This document shows positions 49,501 through 64,000 of a stretch of DNA of 64,000 nucleotides, piece by piece. The DNA lies in contig NW_019091361.1 of assembly GCF_001949145.1 (NCBI RefSeq), positions 3,559,854-3,623,853 of the forward strand. The letters run 5' to 3'. The translations under genes were made by a program, and so were the position numbers. Within the stretch, counting starts at the first letter, position 1; every line of letters begins with the position of its first letter. The notes beneath the pieces were generated by a model, which was not told the DNA's origin, ran no database searches, and saw only the letters and a program-made list of their open reading frames with translations. The DNA comes from Acanthaster planci. Its lineage: Eukaryota.

Positions 49501-52500
49501 CCTATTCAAAGGAAATCCTGACTACATTGTTTAACGTACGCATCTTTTTTAGACTTTGGTTATCACATCATCGAGCATGAGGGTTGCTTGATGGTAATCC
49601 TGTAAAGGTCAAGTAGCCTGCTGTTGGTGGTACATACTGTACCTCCACAGTTGTTCTTGGCATGAAAGTGAATGGAACTGCCCATCTGTGACTTCACAGC
49701 AAATGTTTGCAATGTAAATTTGCAATAGTTGGACATTTATCTTAATTTTGGCATGAGTGCGCTGCTTCATGGAGTGAAAGTCGCATTTGTAAAGGTACAA
49801 ATGAACCGAGGCCTAGCATGAAACATTGACAATACCTCCTCTAATTCTCCCACATCTTTGCCCCCTTGGTAACCGTATCTGGAGCAACAAGCAAGGATTT
49901 GTGTAACAGTGACCTTCGTCTGTAATCCATTAAGAATCTAGCAAACCAGTGACGACCATAGATAATCCAGGGGGTTGACCTTTCAGATTTAACTTGAACA
50001 GGCTGGACATGTGGTGACCTGAGGGCCACATTGAGCAAAAGATCTCCTTGAGCTTTGACTGGAATCATACTAAATCCCTCTTCATGTCAGTGTCTCATGT
50101 TGAATTTCAAGATGCTTCAGCAGGACACTAACATCACTGTGACCTAGTGTGAAGTAACCATTTTTGTCCACAGTTATGGAAATTCCTAATATAACCAAGC
50201 TGGCATCAAAATCTGAAGCCGATTCAGTTGAATTTCAAGGTTGTAATATTTCCCGTTATCCTTTTGAGTCTTTTTTTTTCATGACAGAAACCAAGGAATT
50301 GGACAAATCAATCATCAAAATAACACCAAATATGTTTCAAGGAGTCATGTCCCATTCTGCTTTTAGAAGTTCACTCTCTAGGGGGGAATTAGGCCTACAC
50401 ATCTCGTCTCCGTGCAACAGCTGTTCGGAATTTTTTTCCACATACACGTACATTTATTTGTGTGGTGTACATGTACTTATACATGTAGGCCTACATGTAC
50501 TACTGGTGGGTCATTGTGTCCATTTCCGACACCAATTACTGTCTACTACCTCTATTTCTGACTCAGTCTCCACCAGCTTTTTTTGTTGGTCTTTGTGGCA
50601 GACCTGGTTCACGTACATGTACAGTATTCTTGCAACGAAATGTGGTCCCAGGTACCGGTACTGTAGGCTGCATAGATCTATGCTTACTTGTGATCCAAGC
50701 AAGTCTAAGTACGAGCAAGGCATAATCACAATGTGTACCAGTAGGTCTACATGTAGCTACATGTATACACCAATAAGATCTCATCAACTAGGCCCGTGTT
50801 CATGTCTACCCCATAAGGACAGGTCATCAGTCTAAACTAACACGGTTTTCACATTTGCACAAAATTCAAGGAAAAGTCCAAATAACGAGTTTATGCAAAA
50901 CCAAACCAATCAAACTGTCGTGTGCGCCTGTATATGCCCAGTCCAGTATTCACCACAAAGAAAATTCCTGGGAATATCGCTGCCCAATAATGACTTACAT
51001 GTATGTACATGTATAATGTAAAATATTGGTAAAACGTGTTAACTTTGTGCATGGATGGAAGAGAGATGACTACCTGGAATCCTGGCCGGTGTCTGACAAC
51101 CCTTGTTCACAAACTGGTTTGTGCATTTATGGCACAGAGTGGATTATACAGTCCATTTTCATCATAAACACCTGTGCACAAAGCCGAGTGAATGTTGGGT
51201 GTACAGTGGCAATTGCTCTTAATTTATGACCTCATCTCTCTAAAATTCTTCATACCACTTTTCATCTCAGGGTCAAAAAGCACTTATCCCTGGCATCCAG
51301 ATAAAACCAACTCCACTTATCTTGCACCTCTTAAAATTTTTCCGTGTTCATCCTTCACATCAATGGTACTTTAATTTGGGAATTCTTCATTGGTTGCTAG
51401 GCAGGCAGCATTAAAACACTACTCCCGAAAGCATGTGAAAGTCAACGACACGGCATGACCAAAGTGGTCCAACAAAATAAAAACCAAGTTCAATTGCATG
51501 TGTACTCAATATAAATAGGCTACCTTCTGCCAAATCTTTTCGTGCATGATCATGGCTAGAATTGGAATGGATTGCATAACAAAATCTGAACGCTCCATCT
51601 CTCTTCCCACCCCTGTCCCCACCCCTGTCCCCACCCAGCAGTTTACCAGTGCCATAAAATACATGTGTATCACATGTACGTGTACAGTAACTTGGAGTCA
51701 ACTGTACCTAGCTAGCCCCTTTCATTCCAGTTCTCAATCATGCATGTTAAGTGCTAGTGGGCCCATGCCAATCAAAATGATTCACACCCTATCTCATTTG
51801 GAGGATTTGTTTATACTGTCAACATCTGAAGGGGGGGGGATGAACAGATCAATCAACATGTCACACTTGATACTGCTGTGGAGTTTTTTTTTACTGCACC
51901 TGGAGTCAATTCAATGTAGCTTGGCCACTAATTGTTCCAGCCATAAGAATGGCTTTTTCCTCCTGCATAACTAAAGGTACACGTATTGCTATTAAATACA
52001 TACATGTACCTCAACAGCACATTTTGTTAAGTCTTTGATATTAGCTGTTCATTATATTGCCCTTTTCCCTTCAAGTGAACACTCTACAAGTAATGTTTCT
52101 GGTGGGCATAGTGTTTGGGGTTTTGCAGATATTTGATCAGCAATGGGCTCACCACCAAACCCTGAAACCACAACTACTCCATGGGTCTTTAATCCAAGTC
52201 CCTGGAATTTCATCTCCCAACAATTGTGGTCAGCTTTTTTGTGTGGTGATAAGCTTCACTAGTTGGTTGAATCAATTAGCCCATAAAATCCAGCTAATTG
52301 GGCCCAGGTACTGGTCGGTGATTTTACAGCATATAACTGTCTTTAATTTAGTGACATTAAGCAGTTAATGCCCCTGGCTGGTGACTCTCCAAGACTCTAC
52401 TGAGTCAGTCTGGTCCACCATTTTCAATGCATGACTGAAAACTGCATCTCTACTGAAAAAAAAAAATGCAGCCATGCACTTGCTAATGATATCTGGTAAA

Positions 52501-55500
52501 AAGTGGACAAGAGGAAAGGAAACCTTAGCCCAAATCTTCTATCAGCTCAGTTTACTACGCCAGCCTTGCCATGACCACAGAGCCTGGTGTGCTTACATTC
52601 AACAGTTGCAACATGACAATACAAACAACCTGATTCACTGCCACTCCGCCTACCAAAACAAATCTATTAGGTAGAAACTGTCAACATGCCCAACAAAAGC
52701 CCTGCACAGGCAAGCTGAGCTTTTTAAGACTACAAAAGGCCTGTGAAAATATTGGCAGTGCAGTCTGGGGCTAGCACTCAGGAAAGTGACTTGACAATTT
52801 TTGACCAGTTTGTGGAAAAAAAAATAGAATGAAGGAGCGAAATGTGTTTGAGTATACAAAAGAAATACAGCCAATAAAAGCCACGTGCGTACAGTGTGAG
52901 ATCCCACTGACTAAAGATTAAGGGCTTGAATTAATTTTTAGACCACTGTGTGTACAAATATAACAGTATAGACTAACACAATAACCTACTATTGTGTTAG
53001 CTCCAATTATTGCTATACATGTACATACATCTCTGGTCCTTGCCCCTTGACAGTTAGATCATTGTTATAGATCATACTTATCAAGATGGGATCTATTGGT
53101 GTGCGCTTTTCTGAAATTCTGGATGCATGCGCACAGACAAGTGTGTCCTGGTGTGGACTGTGTTTCAATGACTTGATGAAATTTTTAAAGAATCTCTAGA
53201 GTTAACTTTAAGTTCAACTGAACCAAAATGTTGAATCAGAGAGAAAAAAAAGACGGTTGTCACTTGTTTTGGCAGCAATTTCAGATTAAAGAAAAAAATT
53301 ATGGAGAAAACTTACGAACACAATATTAAATTTCACAAAAATTGGGTGCATCAGAAGAAAACTGAAATCTCCTTTTAAAAACTTACCAAAAGAGTGCATC
53401 CCAGCCAGAAGACCAGTCTGACTTGAACTAACATCTGGAGACCCATAATGAAGGCCAGGCAAATCCTCCCCAACTCCCAAGAAATTTAAATTCCAACAGA
53501 AATGGTATGGCTGCTCCTCATTTGGAAACAAGAAAAGCACTGGTGAAACACATGGACCTGATTTTGTCCAGAATGAGAAACAGATGCTTGCTAGATTAAT
53601 CAGAAGCAACCGGGACAGTTTTTCTTGAGTTTGAGAGAGAAACAGAGACAAGAACGGACAACCCCACGTTAACGAAAAGTGTACTTGTGCAGAATCAAGC
53701 ACTAATATCCATGCAGGTTTGTGTTAGGCAGAGAAATCTTTGGTTAGCAAGAGAAATCCTTGGGATCGCTTCCTGCACTGTCAGTGGAGGTACATGTATG
53801 TTTCCAATCATGGCAGCATAGTGCCATTCAATGTTATCCTACAGTCACTCATGCATAATTCCATGCAGGTTCTCCTTGCTCAGTAACTGGAGAATTTTTT
53901 GTCCACACTCAGGTAAATTCCTCAGATTCTGGGAGGCGGCGTCGTTGTGCAAAGCCCCGCTTGAGTGCAGTCCAATCTTTGTTCTGAACGCTACCTGCTG
54001 GTTGAGAATGATCATTCTCTAGATTCTCCGCAGCCTGATACCAACTCAACCATGCGTGGACAAAGTTGCACGCACGTGCTGAAAACTGAAAGCCATCTCT
54101 CTGTTGTGCATGTGGTGAAGTCAAGAGCTGGTTGGCAGACCCAAACCAACAGCCAGCCACTCAGAGAGCAGAGCCTTAATATCAACTCCCCCTGGCCTGC
54201 AGTGATTCACTCACCCAGCTTCATTATGCAACAGCCACTGACTGCACAGCTGCCTTATGGTGTTGATGATAGCACTGGCCACACTAGCCAGCCCTGCTAC
54301 ACAGTACATGTACACGTGTGCTGAACTCCCACTCATTTTGTGACCAGTCACCCCTGTACGCCCACTGCATACTGCATGTGTACATGGCCAAGCCTCACAA
54401 TCAAGCCAAGATCCTGATAGGGATTGTTGCCTGACAGCTTTATGGACCCACAAGTTTTGTTCCTTCATGGGTCTAGTGTGCCTGTGAGGGGGGGGGACTC
54501 ACCAAAAGGGATGGGGTCAATGCCTTAATCTTGCCCCTCCCTTCTGGTGCAAGTTTCTGGTCTCACCTACAGGTACATGTAGCTGTTTCCCTTGGGCATG
54601 CCTCTTGAAAATTAATGTAGATTCTAGCTTGTTACCTGGCACATTAGTGTCATATTAGTCATGCAAACCCCTAGATACCTGTCTCCACAGGGACTTACTT
54701 GTACTTTCTCACACTACAGGCATCATTTGACAACACATTTTCAAGCAAGTACAGTATGGAAATTTAAAAAGTCATTTTCAACTTCCTTCTTTTTTGGGGG
54801 GGGGCTTCATCTATTGCCTCTTCCTTTCCTGCCTGTTGACATTACCAGGATTGTTGATCCCATTGAAAAGAACACCCACGCCAAAATACGAGACCCACTT
54901 TCACAGCCAGCTTGGGATGACCTTTTCAACAAACCATCCTTTCATCCTCCTGAGCCTCATTTCAGGTATAATTTCCCCAGCCCCAGTTTTCAATCCGTTG
55001 CTAAAAATGAGCATTGAAACTTAAAGGGATGATAGTGTACGCATGTAATTCCCATTGAGATATTTTTCGATGGTGACGGCAAAGACCAGAGAAAAAACAG
55101 AGATAACAACTACAAATGTTGGTACATATCGGTAATTTGGGGTACAGAGTGGCAGATTGCACTTGGACAGCAACTTCAAAAGCAAAGTCCAATGGTAGGC
55201 CTAGAGGCAAAATTGGTTAAATGGGATAAAAATTCAAGTTTGCAACAGACGACTAAACCCTGGCCACTCATTTGTATTAATGTCATAGCAATTAAATGCC
55301 TGCATTATCATCATGAATGGCAGTATTAACACTACGCTTGAGTAAAACTTCCAATGGAGTAGCAATTTTGCTCCCTGTGAAACCACATTTGCCAACAGCG
55401 TGGAACTTTTTCTGTTTTAATTTAACCACAAAGGTACATTTGTAAAATGCCACATGAATTCATTTGCTTTCTCTGTAAAAATTAAAGCAGTAGAATGAAG

Positions 55501-58500
55501 ACAGAGATAGATTTACGAACTGGCTTGAATGCAGTGTTTACCAAGAATTTATGAATCCTGCTCATTCATGTCTGTAAAGGAAAATGTCAACAATTAAACT
55601 GTCCGGGAAGGTGCACTGCCATGTTGCACATCCATAGAAATGGCAGTGTTGTCTAGCGCTGGGGGAAATGTCGCCAAGCAATATACACAAATAGCCTGCA
55701 TTGCAGACTTTATAGCTTCTCTTCACACAACTCTTACAAAAAGTCTCCTTTTGTGGGATGTCACTTTATGTCTTGCATGGTGACTGCACACCCTTAGGTT
55801 AGTGTCTACTTTTCTCTCCTCATCCGAGGACACTGTGAATTCATCAGCCAAAAATCACCCCTCAAAAAGAAAGGACAAGACAGTTCTTTTTTTTCCTTTC
55901 TATATTTGGGTAGAGCTTCCTGGAAAGCAATTATAATGGGAATCTCCATTGGGATTTAAAGCAAACCTGTTGTGCAGTTGAATGTATGAGTGAAAGCTAA
56001 AAGTACATGTAACAATCATGCAAGCTAATTTTCTGTAGAACTTTTTAACCTTGCTCCCTGGTTTTACATCAGGGCATTTGTTCAAGCCAACTGTATTTAT
56101 GCTACAAGTACCTGTGCTGCTAAGAATTGTTTTTGAAGGGCTGGGGGTAATTTCTTTTATTTTGGGGGCTAAAAGGGCTTGCATTTGATAAGATATTTGA
56201 GCACTGGCGACTAAAAAACCTACCTCCAGGAAAACATAAAGCTCTCATCCCATATAGTATCTCCACCCATACAACCAGACCGGGTGGAATTTAGTGTAGA
56301 ATAATTTACAATGATGGGTTCACCTGCTTCCTGTGTGGCACTGCATGGGGGGGGGTAGTGCTAAGCACAGGGCAGCCCAAAAAGAGGGGGGAAATTTTTA
56401 GACCCTGCTCTGGCTATATTCAAGCAGACAATCAAGTTAAAGTGATGCTGGCAGGAATTGATTGATGCTTTGGGCAGTTCATTTGACCATCTTGACCCCT
56501 GCAAGCCTATAATATGGGTCATTTTCTTTCCTGCTGGTCATTTTTGAGGGGGGAACTTTGGTGCATGTAAGAGCATGCTTGGGAGATATGAACTACAGTT
56601 GAAAAGTACATACCGTACCGGTAGTTGAAGCTCAAGCCCACAACCCAGGCTTGTCCCTCCCAAGCAACAATTTCAGGCTCACTAGCAGGCGATCTTCGCT
56701 CCAGGCTGTTCTCTAATTTTCTATCCCTTCTGATTGCAAGGATTTGTCTTGAACCCTTGGCCTTGTCAGAACCACAGCTGGAACCTACTTGTACCTCGTT
56801 GTACCGGTACCTTGCTCTATATAGTTTTGCCACAAGGATCACATAAAGTGCACCACAGAGGTTGCAAACCAACTTTACCTCAAGTTGGGAAAAGATAGCC
56901 AAATCTTGGTTGGAGCATACTTCCGCATAAACCAGCCTTTAAAATAAAAATACCCATAATCCTGAATTTCCCCACAAAAATTGTATACTGTATTAATGTT
57001 GAAAATTTCTGAGGTCAGGGCAGATGGAAGGGGTGGTGAACGTTGAGCAGCACCCACAGGTTTGTTAACAACTTTATCTGATGCTTCCAGAGGGTACAGA
57101 TTTCAGCTCCCCTTATGATTAAATTTCAGGCTGACTCCCGTCCAGGTATGGCAGGGACAGTGCCAATTATATACACCTGACATCTGAAGATGTGCTCTAA
57201 CACTTCCAGTACGGCTACAATACCAGTACAAGTGTACAGCATTCAGTAAATGTAACCTCCAGAACCAACATTCTTATGGGTACATCCTCACAGCCTTGGG
57301 TGCCCTCCAACCTACCGGTATACTGGTTGGTCAGGGGTATATGAGAAATTGATTGACTATCCAAGAAATCTTACTGTAGCTTTACCACGCATTTAACTCT
57401 AAAAGTCCCCAATCCTCCAATTTTAATAGGAATAGGGGAATTCAGTTTCGTTTCTGTGGCCCTCAACTTGTTAAAGTACATGTACCAATAGGGTCAGTCG
57501 TAAATCCAAAAATTAATATACCGGTGCAGGTACCTTGAGAACTTCATTTTTGTCTTATTCTCACAGGTTTCTCTATGCATAGAAGCTGGAGTGCCACACT
57601 TTGGAAACCAACCACAACTTACAAAGGAGATTGTGTTCAACATGCCATTAGTATTCAGTTTACATCTTGGCAGACCATCGGGTCAGAAATGTTTAAGGCC
57701 GGTGCAATTGCTCAACCTGCTTTTAGTCGGGGTTGGGGGCAAACGTTTCCTCAACTTAACTGAAAGGTTCCAGTCAAAAGACAAGTCCACCCACGGTCCT
57801 TGACCCTAGAGGACCTTGGTCAGACCTCCCCTTATGACATCAACAGCTTGTCACAGTCTCAGAGTAAATTCGAGTCCATTTGACGGGCTCATCAAACATT
57901 TCATGCCAAACTCCAAATGGCCCCTGCAAGAGAAACATCCGGTTTGCAAAAATCCACTAAAAGCCAAGAAACTAGGCTGATGTTTTGACTGTCTTTGCCC
58001 GCTGACACAGTCAGAGCTGCAACTGAGGCCTTTGGGCTTTGGATATGTGACAACTTTACGAACCTAAATGATGAAAGTCCAAGTAATTAGGCTGCAGAGG
58101 TTGGTGCATGTACCTTTAATATACGATGGTGATGTACAATATTTACGGTCACATCTTTAGTTTAAGCAGCTTGATAAAAAGAAACAGCTTCAAAACAGAC
58201 CAAAAGTGTTACCTCAGTCTAAAAGCTTGTTTTGTCACAATTGGTGATGACTTTCTTGCCTTTTCTATTGAAATTGAAACCTTGATGTACTTGTACTGTA
58301 ATAATGTACATGTACTTGGGTGTGTCAAAACTGTGTCATATATTCCTGTACAACAAAAATAGATCTCCTTGAACTGTACTCAGATTTAAAAGTCTAGAAC
58401 CCTCAGTGATTCTGGTACACAGCTGCTATTAGCGGCAGTACAACTGTAGATATTTCGTTTATAAATAATAAAGGAGTTCATTGGTCGAAGTTTAAATGAA

Positions 58501-58865
58501 GAGATGTATTTAATTGAAAATGATCAGCTTTTGGGGAGTCCTATTACCAAATGATTACATTGCCTGAGCTGTCCAGATCATGACAAAATCAGCAAAATCT
58601 GACGAAAACAAAGAAAAAAAACAGACGAACTCGGCCACAAAGAAGACAACTCTGTACAGAAAAAACTCTGTACACGATGTGTGTATATAGCTGTATCCGG
58701 CACGCTTCACTGTGTGTGCGCAGTATGCTGCTGTAATGTATGGAGGGAGCTGGAGACTGGGATCCATACAACCATTTTTGCGTGCCTGCTATCGATCTCT
58801 GTGTAGGCAGTAGTCTGGTTCATAGTTTTAGCGTGGTCGCGGTCAATCTACATTGTATGGTAACT

Positions 58866-59071
58866 GTTCCCATTGGACTATTTTTTGCACCCCTGCTAAC
58901 TTACCATGGCTGCGTGGAAATCTTCCGCTACCCTTTTCGGCCTCTTAGTTTTACATCGCGATCGTAAGTTGACAGGGACATTAGTTTACTGTGTGTTCCC
59001 ATTGGATTTAATTTTGTAATTCTACAGGAAAGTCGCGGTAAATTACCCCCAAAAAGTCCAATGGCAACACA
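58866..59071. mobile_element. Degenerate MITE remnant
   Basis: tgttcccattgga occurs twice (about 58866 and 58994) with an inverted copy tccaatggcaaca near 59057-59069. Confidence 0.45.
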
Positions 59072-59395
59072 TCTATTGAGGGACATGTAAGAGTGGGCCA
59101 ATCATGCATGGCCTGTTTGGAAAAGAAAGTTGGGAAAGTGTGCAAAAAAGTGGCATCAGGAAAACCTCAGACTTACATGTACATAAAGTCTATCTTATCA
59201 TGTTTAACATTTCATATATGTTTTCAACAACATTCCTGTACTGAAAAAGTGTCAGAATTGATGTGTTCATATATCAGCTTTATGGGTGGGTCTAGTTTAT
59301 TTTTTATCACAATGCTAACAAAAACATATTCATAATAGTTACAGTATAATGTGACACCTTCAACTTTTTCACTGAACTCGGGTTCCAATTTCATT

Positions 59396-59438
59396 CCCCC
59401 CCCCCCCCCCCCCCCCCCCCCCCNCCCCCCCCCCCCCC
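59396..59438. repeat. Poly-C tract containing one N
   Basis: Seen directly; the length may be unreliable. Confidence 0.9.
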
Positions 59439-62400
59439 GGCAAAGTACATGTACGGCGGATCCAGACGGCATCAAAACATCGGCACAGTTGAAATAACAA
59501 ACATAGTTATGTTATAACCTGATGGTAAGAGACACCCTGGGGCAAACATATATATCCTAAAATGAGATTAGGGATATTTTGACCCTGGAAGGTACCACTA
59601 GGTTTGCCTTTCAACGAGTGGATATTGACAGCTGCCTACCAAGTTACAGAGAAACTCTTTCAATGGGGGAACAATAGGTATCCGCCCACTGAAAAAATGG
59701 CACATACTGGTACATGTAGTTGCAGAGTAATCAGACGACAGACGACTAATAGATCAGCAATGTGAAAATGAAAGACACATTGCATTACATGTATATCGTG
59801 CAGTTGACATGTTTTTTTTTTTCCTGCATGGGGGAATATACGTATAATACTCATCCAAAGAACATATTTGCGGTCCAACACCTTTTGGGGCATTCTGTGC
59901 TGAATCTGTGTTTGAAATAGACATTTTGCAATGTCTATGCAATGTGTTTTGAAAGAGAGGCTGAAATCACGGTTCTTTCACAACGGTCTTACAAGTGGAG
60001 TTTGGCTTTAGTTTAAATGGCAATTCTGTGCACAGGTGAGGAGCTGAAGAAATCATAGAAACCTTAAACATGCAGTTTACAAATCCTAAAAACTACTGCG
60101 TACATTTACAGTATGTGTAAAAATACAATGTCTACATAAACTCAAACTCTTTGCAATGGACAATCTTTAAAAAACTCAAACTGCAAACTACGATATTATA
60201 ATTTCACTGACATGGTTTTCTTCTTATAATGCACATTAAAATAAAACAAAAATTGATCAGACTTCATGGAATTTAGACTTTCAAGTATGTAAACTAAGCA
60301 AAGTATTATAAATATTTTTGGCCTAAAGGTCACATATCTTGTGGGTGCTTTTGATGAAATTATGTTGCCTTAACAGTGGATAAACTCTTCTGATGTGAAT
60401 ATTTTCAATGTTAATCTACCAGTGATAAATATGTACATGTATAGCAGCTCGAGTGCAATGTAGCAATGGCAAACTAAGGGATCAACTTCCCATGAAATGT
60501 TGGGGAACCTACCATGATGTCAGTGCAGCAAAACCAACGCGAGCTCAAAACCGTTAAGTGCACGGGGCTTACATCAGAGCCTTACAACAAAGCTTTGGAC
60601 TGTAGACGCTCTGTGGTGCAACATGAGGCAATTTATGACCACTCTACCCAATTTTTAAAGCATTTTTTTACATTGTTTTATGTTTGGAGGCACAGAATAG
60701 GACCTGGCCATTATGATCTGTTGAATCAAATGTATAAGCCTGCATTCACATGTACATGTAGGCAACTATTTTTTTTGGGGGGGGGGACAAAGATATATCC
60801 TCTGTAGGGAAGGGGTCATCACTCTTCCCCATTCTTGCCTGATCCATGCTTCTGAGTGGCATTACATTATCCTTGAAGACTTGAAGAGCAGCAGGTCACG
60901 ACCTCTGGGTGAACTCTCCATAAATGTCCCTATAGCCCAACCTGCCTCCTTTTATACAGGTTCAATTAGATTACCCAAGTTACTGTCACATTTGTCACTT
61001 CATGCGATACTTTTAAAAAAGGTCATTTGTCACGGGTGTGACCTCATAAATCTTAGGAGGTGATTTATCCCCTCCCGTGAGATCTCTTCCAAATTCAGAG
61101 AAGGACCACTCCATCCAGATACAGATTCCACCTGTATATAACTGTGAATCTAAGACCTCTGTAATTCTCTGTGGATATTCTGTTAAAAAAGGAAAAAAAT
61201 ATTACGCCCTGAGGCCAAAGTGTCAAAATACCCCCAAATGGAAAACTGCAATGTGTTCTTTTAAAATATGCAAAGAATACTGAGGGAGGTAAAAACATAT
61301 GAGCACTTAACAAGATGCTCTACTTTTTGCCAACATGTGCACAAATGTTGAGGGGAACTATCAGAAAAAAATTAGCCAAATTCACTCATCTGAAAAGAGA
61401 TAGGGAAAACAGCCACTCAACATATATGACAAAGAAACTTGTTCAGTTCTTTTTTTCTAGAACGCAACTTCTAATCTCACTTTTTTCTCATAATAAGAAC
61501 AAGTTAACTTATTTAAATTTGAGATCATACCTTAAGAATATCACCCCTTCGTATTTTCCAGTAATGCCACATAAACACCGCAAACACCGTCTTTCTTCAG
61601 TAAAACGCATAAGATGCAGTTCTCTTACAACTCATGAACATTTAGTTACCTGTTTGATTGGAAGTGCAATGCACGGCAAATTTTACCAGTAATGCTATTT
61701 GCTATGAACTGTGGCAATATTTGATTTTGACTTTTCTGGATATTCCTTTCTATGCACATTATGATTCTGGTATTAGGCCTTGGATTTTATTGTTCTATTT
61801 TTTGCTGAATGCCCTGTTGGTGGTGGGTGTGAATCACTAACATTTCACCTGTCACTCGCAAACCAATCAGAATGCATCCTGCAAAGCATGCCAAAGAAGG
61901 TCTTCAAGCAGATCCATCCAATTATCTCTAAGCTGTTCCAACTATCCTCCATCCTTCAATTCCTTGGATCTGGGCTCCAAGGCCATCATCTTCTCTTTCA
62001 TCAACACACAAGAATGGCTCTTTACAAGGAATGCTTTCTGACCAAAAAAATTAACTGGAAGTGGCATGATGGATCTCCTAGTAGAACTTAAGATGCACAT
62101 TTCAGCAAAAGAAAAATCCCTGTTCAGAGTTTGTTTAGATTGAGCAATCCTTCAGAGACTTTAGAACTTTCAATGATGTAAACAGTGACCAAGGCCACAG
62201 GAAGGTGAAGTCAAAATTGCTCCCTTTTATTACCCACAGCAAGCTCTTAAAATTTGTGGCCAGATCACTGCAGCCATGGTTACCCATACTAACATCATGA
62301 CCATTTTTTTATTTTTAAATACTGGTAAGTGTAAGAAACTCAAAACAGACCTCAAACTTAAGACAATAAAGTACAAGCATCTGGAATCCTTAAAACAAAC

Positions 62401-63514
62401 CAAAACAGTAAAAATTGAACAAAACAAGGAAAAAAGAACTTTGCAAGCAATCTCCTATTTTATTACCATGGAAAAATCTGTTGAGTTGAAAAGTTGAAGA
62501 AAAAAGTGAGAAATTCAACCATAGCTTCATTGGTCTCACAAACTCTACCTACGTATAACTCTATTGGCATTATGGTAGACCTTGCCTAAGTATGAGGCTC
62601 CCCCCATTCATCCAACCACTACGTATCAAACCTTTAAAATTATCTTTGAGCTCTGACTTGTTTATCAAATTCCCATCACCCAAATACATTTATATCTTCC
62701 AGGTGTTCAATTCTGACGAGGTCATTGTTCTCAAGAGATCTGACAAAAGAGACACAGTTGCAAAATGATCTCCTATCCTACATATTTCTCCCAAAAGACA
62801 GAAATGATGTAGCCAATGTGTACGTGTGCACATTTAATTTGTAAGGTGTTGAATGCCCTAAAAGGAATTACCCACCATGCAAGTCAAGGTACTCATTGAC
62901 GTCATGTTCTCTGCCTTGAGCTTCAGTAATTCATGGCCATCAATAGTTGAGTTAATTCATTTTAGAAGAGCCAAAAGCTGCCAGCACTATCACCCAGTCA
63001 TCAATATCAACGCCTCATTTCCGAGAACCATATGGCTCCAATCAAGAGCTGCTAACTACACGTATAGGCCTACAGCTGTGGGGGAATAGTTGTTTTTGTG
63101 CCAGTTAAACCTTTTTTATTTACTCAAGAGATTTGGTTGCCAGCTAGACAAAGGGGCAAAACTAAACAATTGCATTAATTGTCCTTGCAGGTGTTGTCTT
63201 GGCCCTGTGATTTTCCATTCAAGGAAAGTTCAACATAACCCGCTCCAGGAAAAATTCAGGAACTGCAGCTGCTTGTACATGTAGCTGCGCAAGCAGCAGG
63301 GAAAAAAAAAGTTTGCCGAACCAAACCAGTTGGTTAGTGTCAGAGAAAGTTTTAATCTGCTAAAATCTTTGATCTTTACTGTCTTTTCTTTTTCTCCCCG
63401 TTTCCATATGTCTATTTATAACCACGTTAAAAGTCTTAACCAAATACGAATAATTCATAGCTAGTTGCAGAGGCACTCACTTCAAATGGGATTCCTGTTG
63501 GCCAGTTGACCCTG

Positions 63515-63640
63515 GCAAGCTTGGTGGTCTGAATGGTAAGACATCTGCTCTAGTAAGCAGGAGGTTGTGGGTTTGAGTCCCACCAGAATATAAGCTTGTG
63601 ACTTAGTTCATAAGCTCACCTGGGACACTTAACACTAAGT
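63515..63640 (+). mobile_element. tRNA-derived SINE head
   Basis: A-box-like tggtctgaatgg and B-box-like gggtttgagtccc with tRNA-like spacing, followed by non-tRNA body. The 3' boundary is approximate. Confidence 0.65.
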
Positions 63641-64000
63641 GTAAATTTAAGTAATGTAAACAATTGTAAAGGGAGCAGAGTATGCACAAGATCTTGGTGC
63701 CTGAGCATCATTGTAATAATGTGTGTAATAACCCTCGTTTTTAATAATGTTGTAAACAGCAGTGCAGGTCTGTTGAGTTTATGTTTTGTCGAAGCATGTG
63801 CCATGCTGTGCAAGTACCGTAGCGCTAGGCTAGATTAATTGGGAGTCTGGTTTTGAACTTAATGCAGTGTTGAAACAAACACCTGTGTGTGCGCGCGCCA
63901 CTGTGGAAGTTCAGCCACTGTAATGCTGTGTGCTTGTGCACTTGCATGTGTATTGGGTACAGTTTAGTGACTTTAAGTGATCAGTTGTGTAGATGAAACA

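Noticed and set aside
49222..49534. Possible LINE 3' end on the minus strand (CNALPWHIK)
   Set aside because: One short motif only; insufficient support.
50164..50835. 223-aa ORF
   Set aside because: Non-ATG start, no domain, and full of TACATGTA-type low-complexity sequence.
52650..52907. Signal-peptide-like ORF (RTWLLLAVFLLY)
   Set aside because: Starts at GTG and has no suitable splice donor.
63515..63586. Possible tRNA gene
   Set aside because: Degenerate B-box, imperfect stems and continuation into a repeat body; better explained as a SINE head.

Overview
AT-rich metazoan genomic DNA with spliceosomal introns, SINE/LINE/MITE debris and two assembly gaps. An invertebrate deuterostome such as an echinoderm is my inference from GPCR and repeat style, not a proven assignment. 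Most short ORFs in the track are noise. Supported content: (1) three minus-strand coding exons (33188-33340, 32341-32583, 24432-24555) that splice in frame into the TSP1 + Cys-rich N-terminus of an ADAMTSL1/3 (punctin/MADD-4)-like protein; its signal-peptide and downstream exons were not found. (2) A tandem cluster of three intronless rhodopsin-class orphan GPCRs on the same strand, downstream of the last identified ADAMTSL exon and probably nested in its intron(s): 6846-8312, 14068-15298 (one +1 frameshift) and 19505-20593. These paralogues show gene-conversion-like identical tracts, divergent extracellular segments, no Cys3.25 or Pro6.50, a C-tail repeat in 7/3/1 copies, and an invariant IRF-site-like 17-mer about 260 bp upstream. 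(3) A decayed CR1/L2-type LINE interrupted by an inverted-repeat insertion, several MITEs and hairpins, and tRNA-derived SINE remnants. (4) Frequent TA-NNNN-TA palindromes that, by paralogue comparison, look like Tc1/mariner excision footprints, two of them in frame inside GPCR1.
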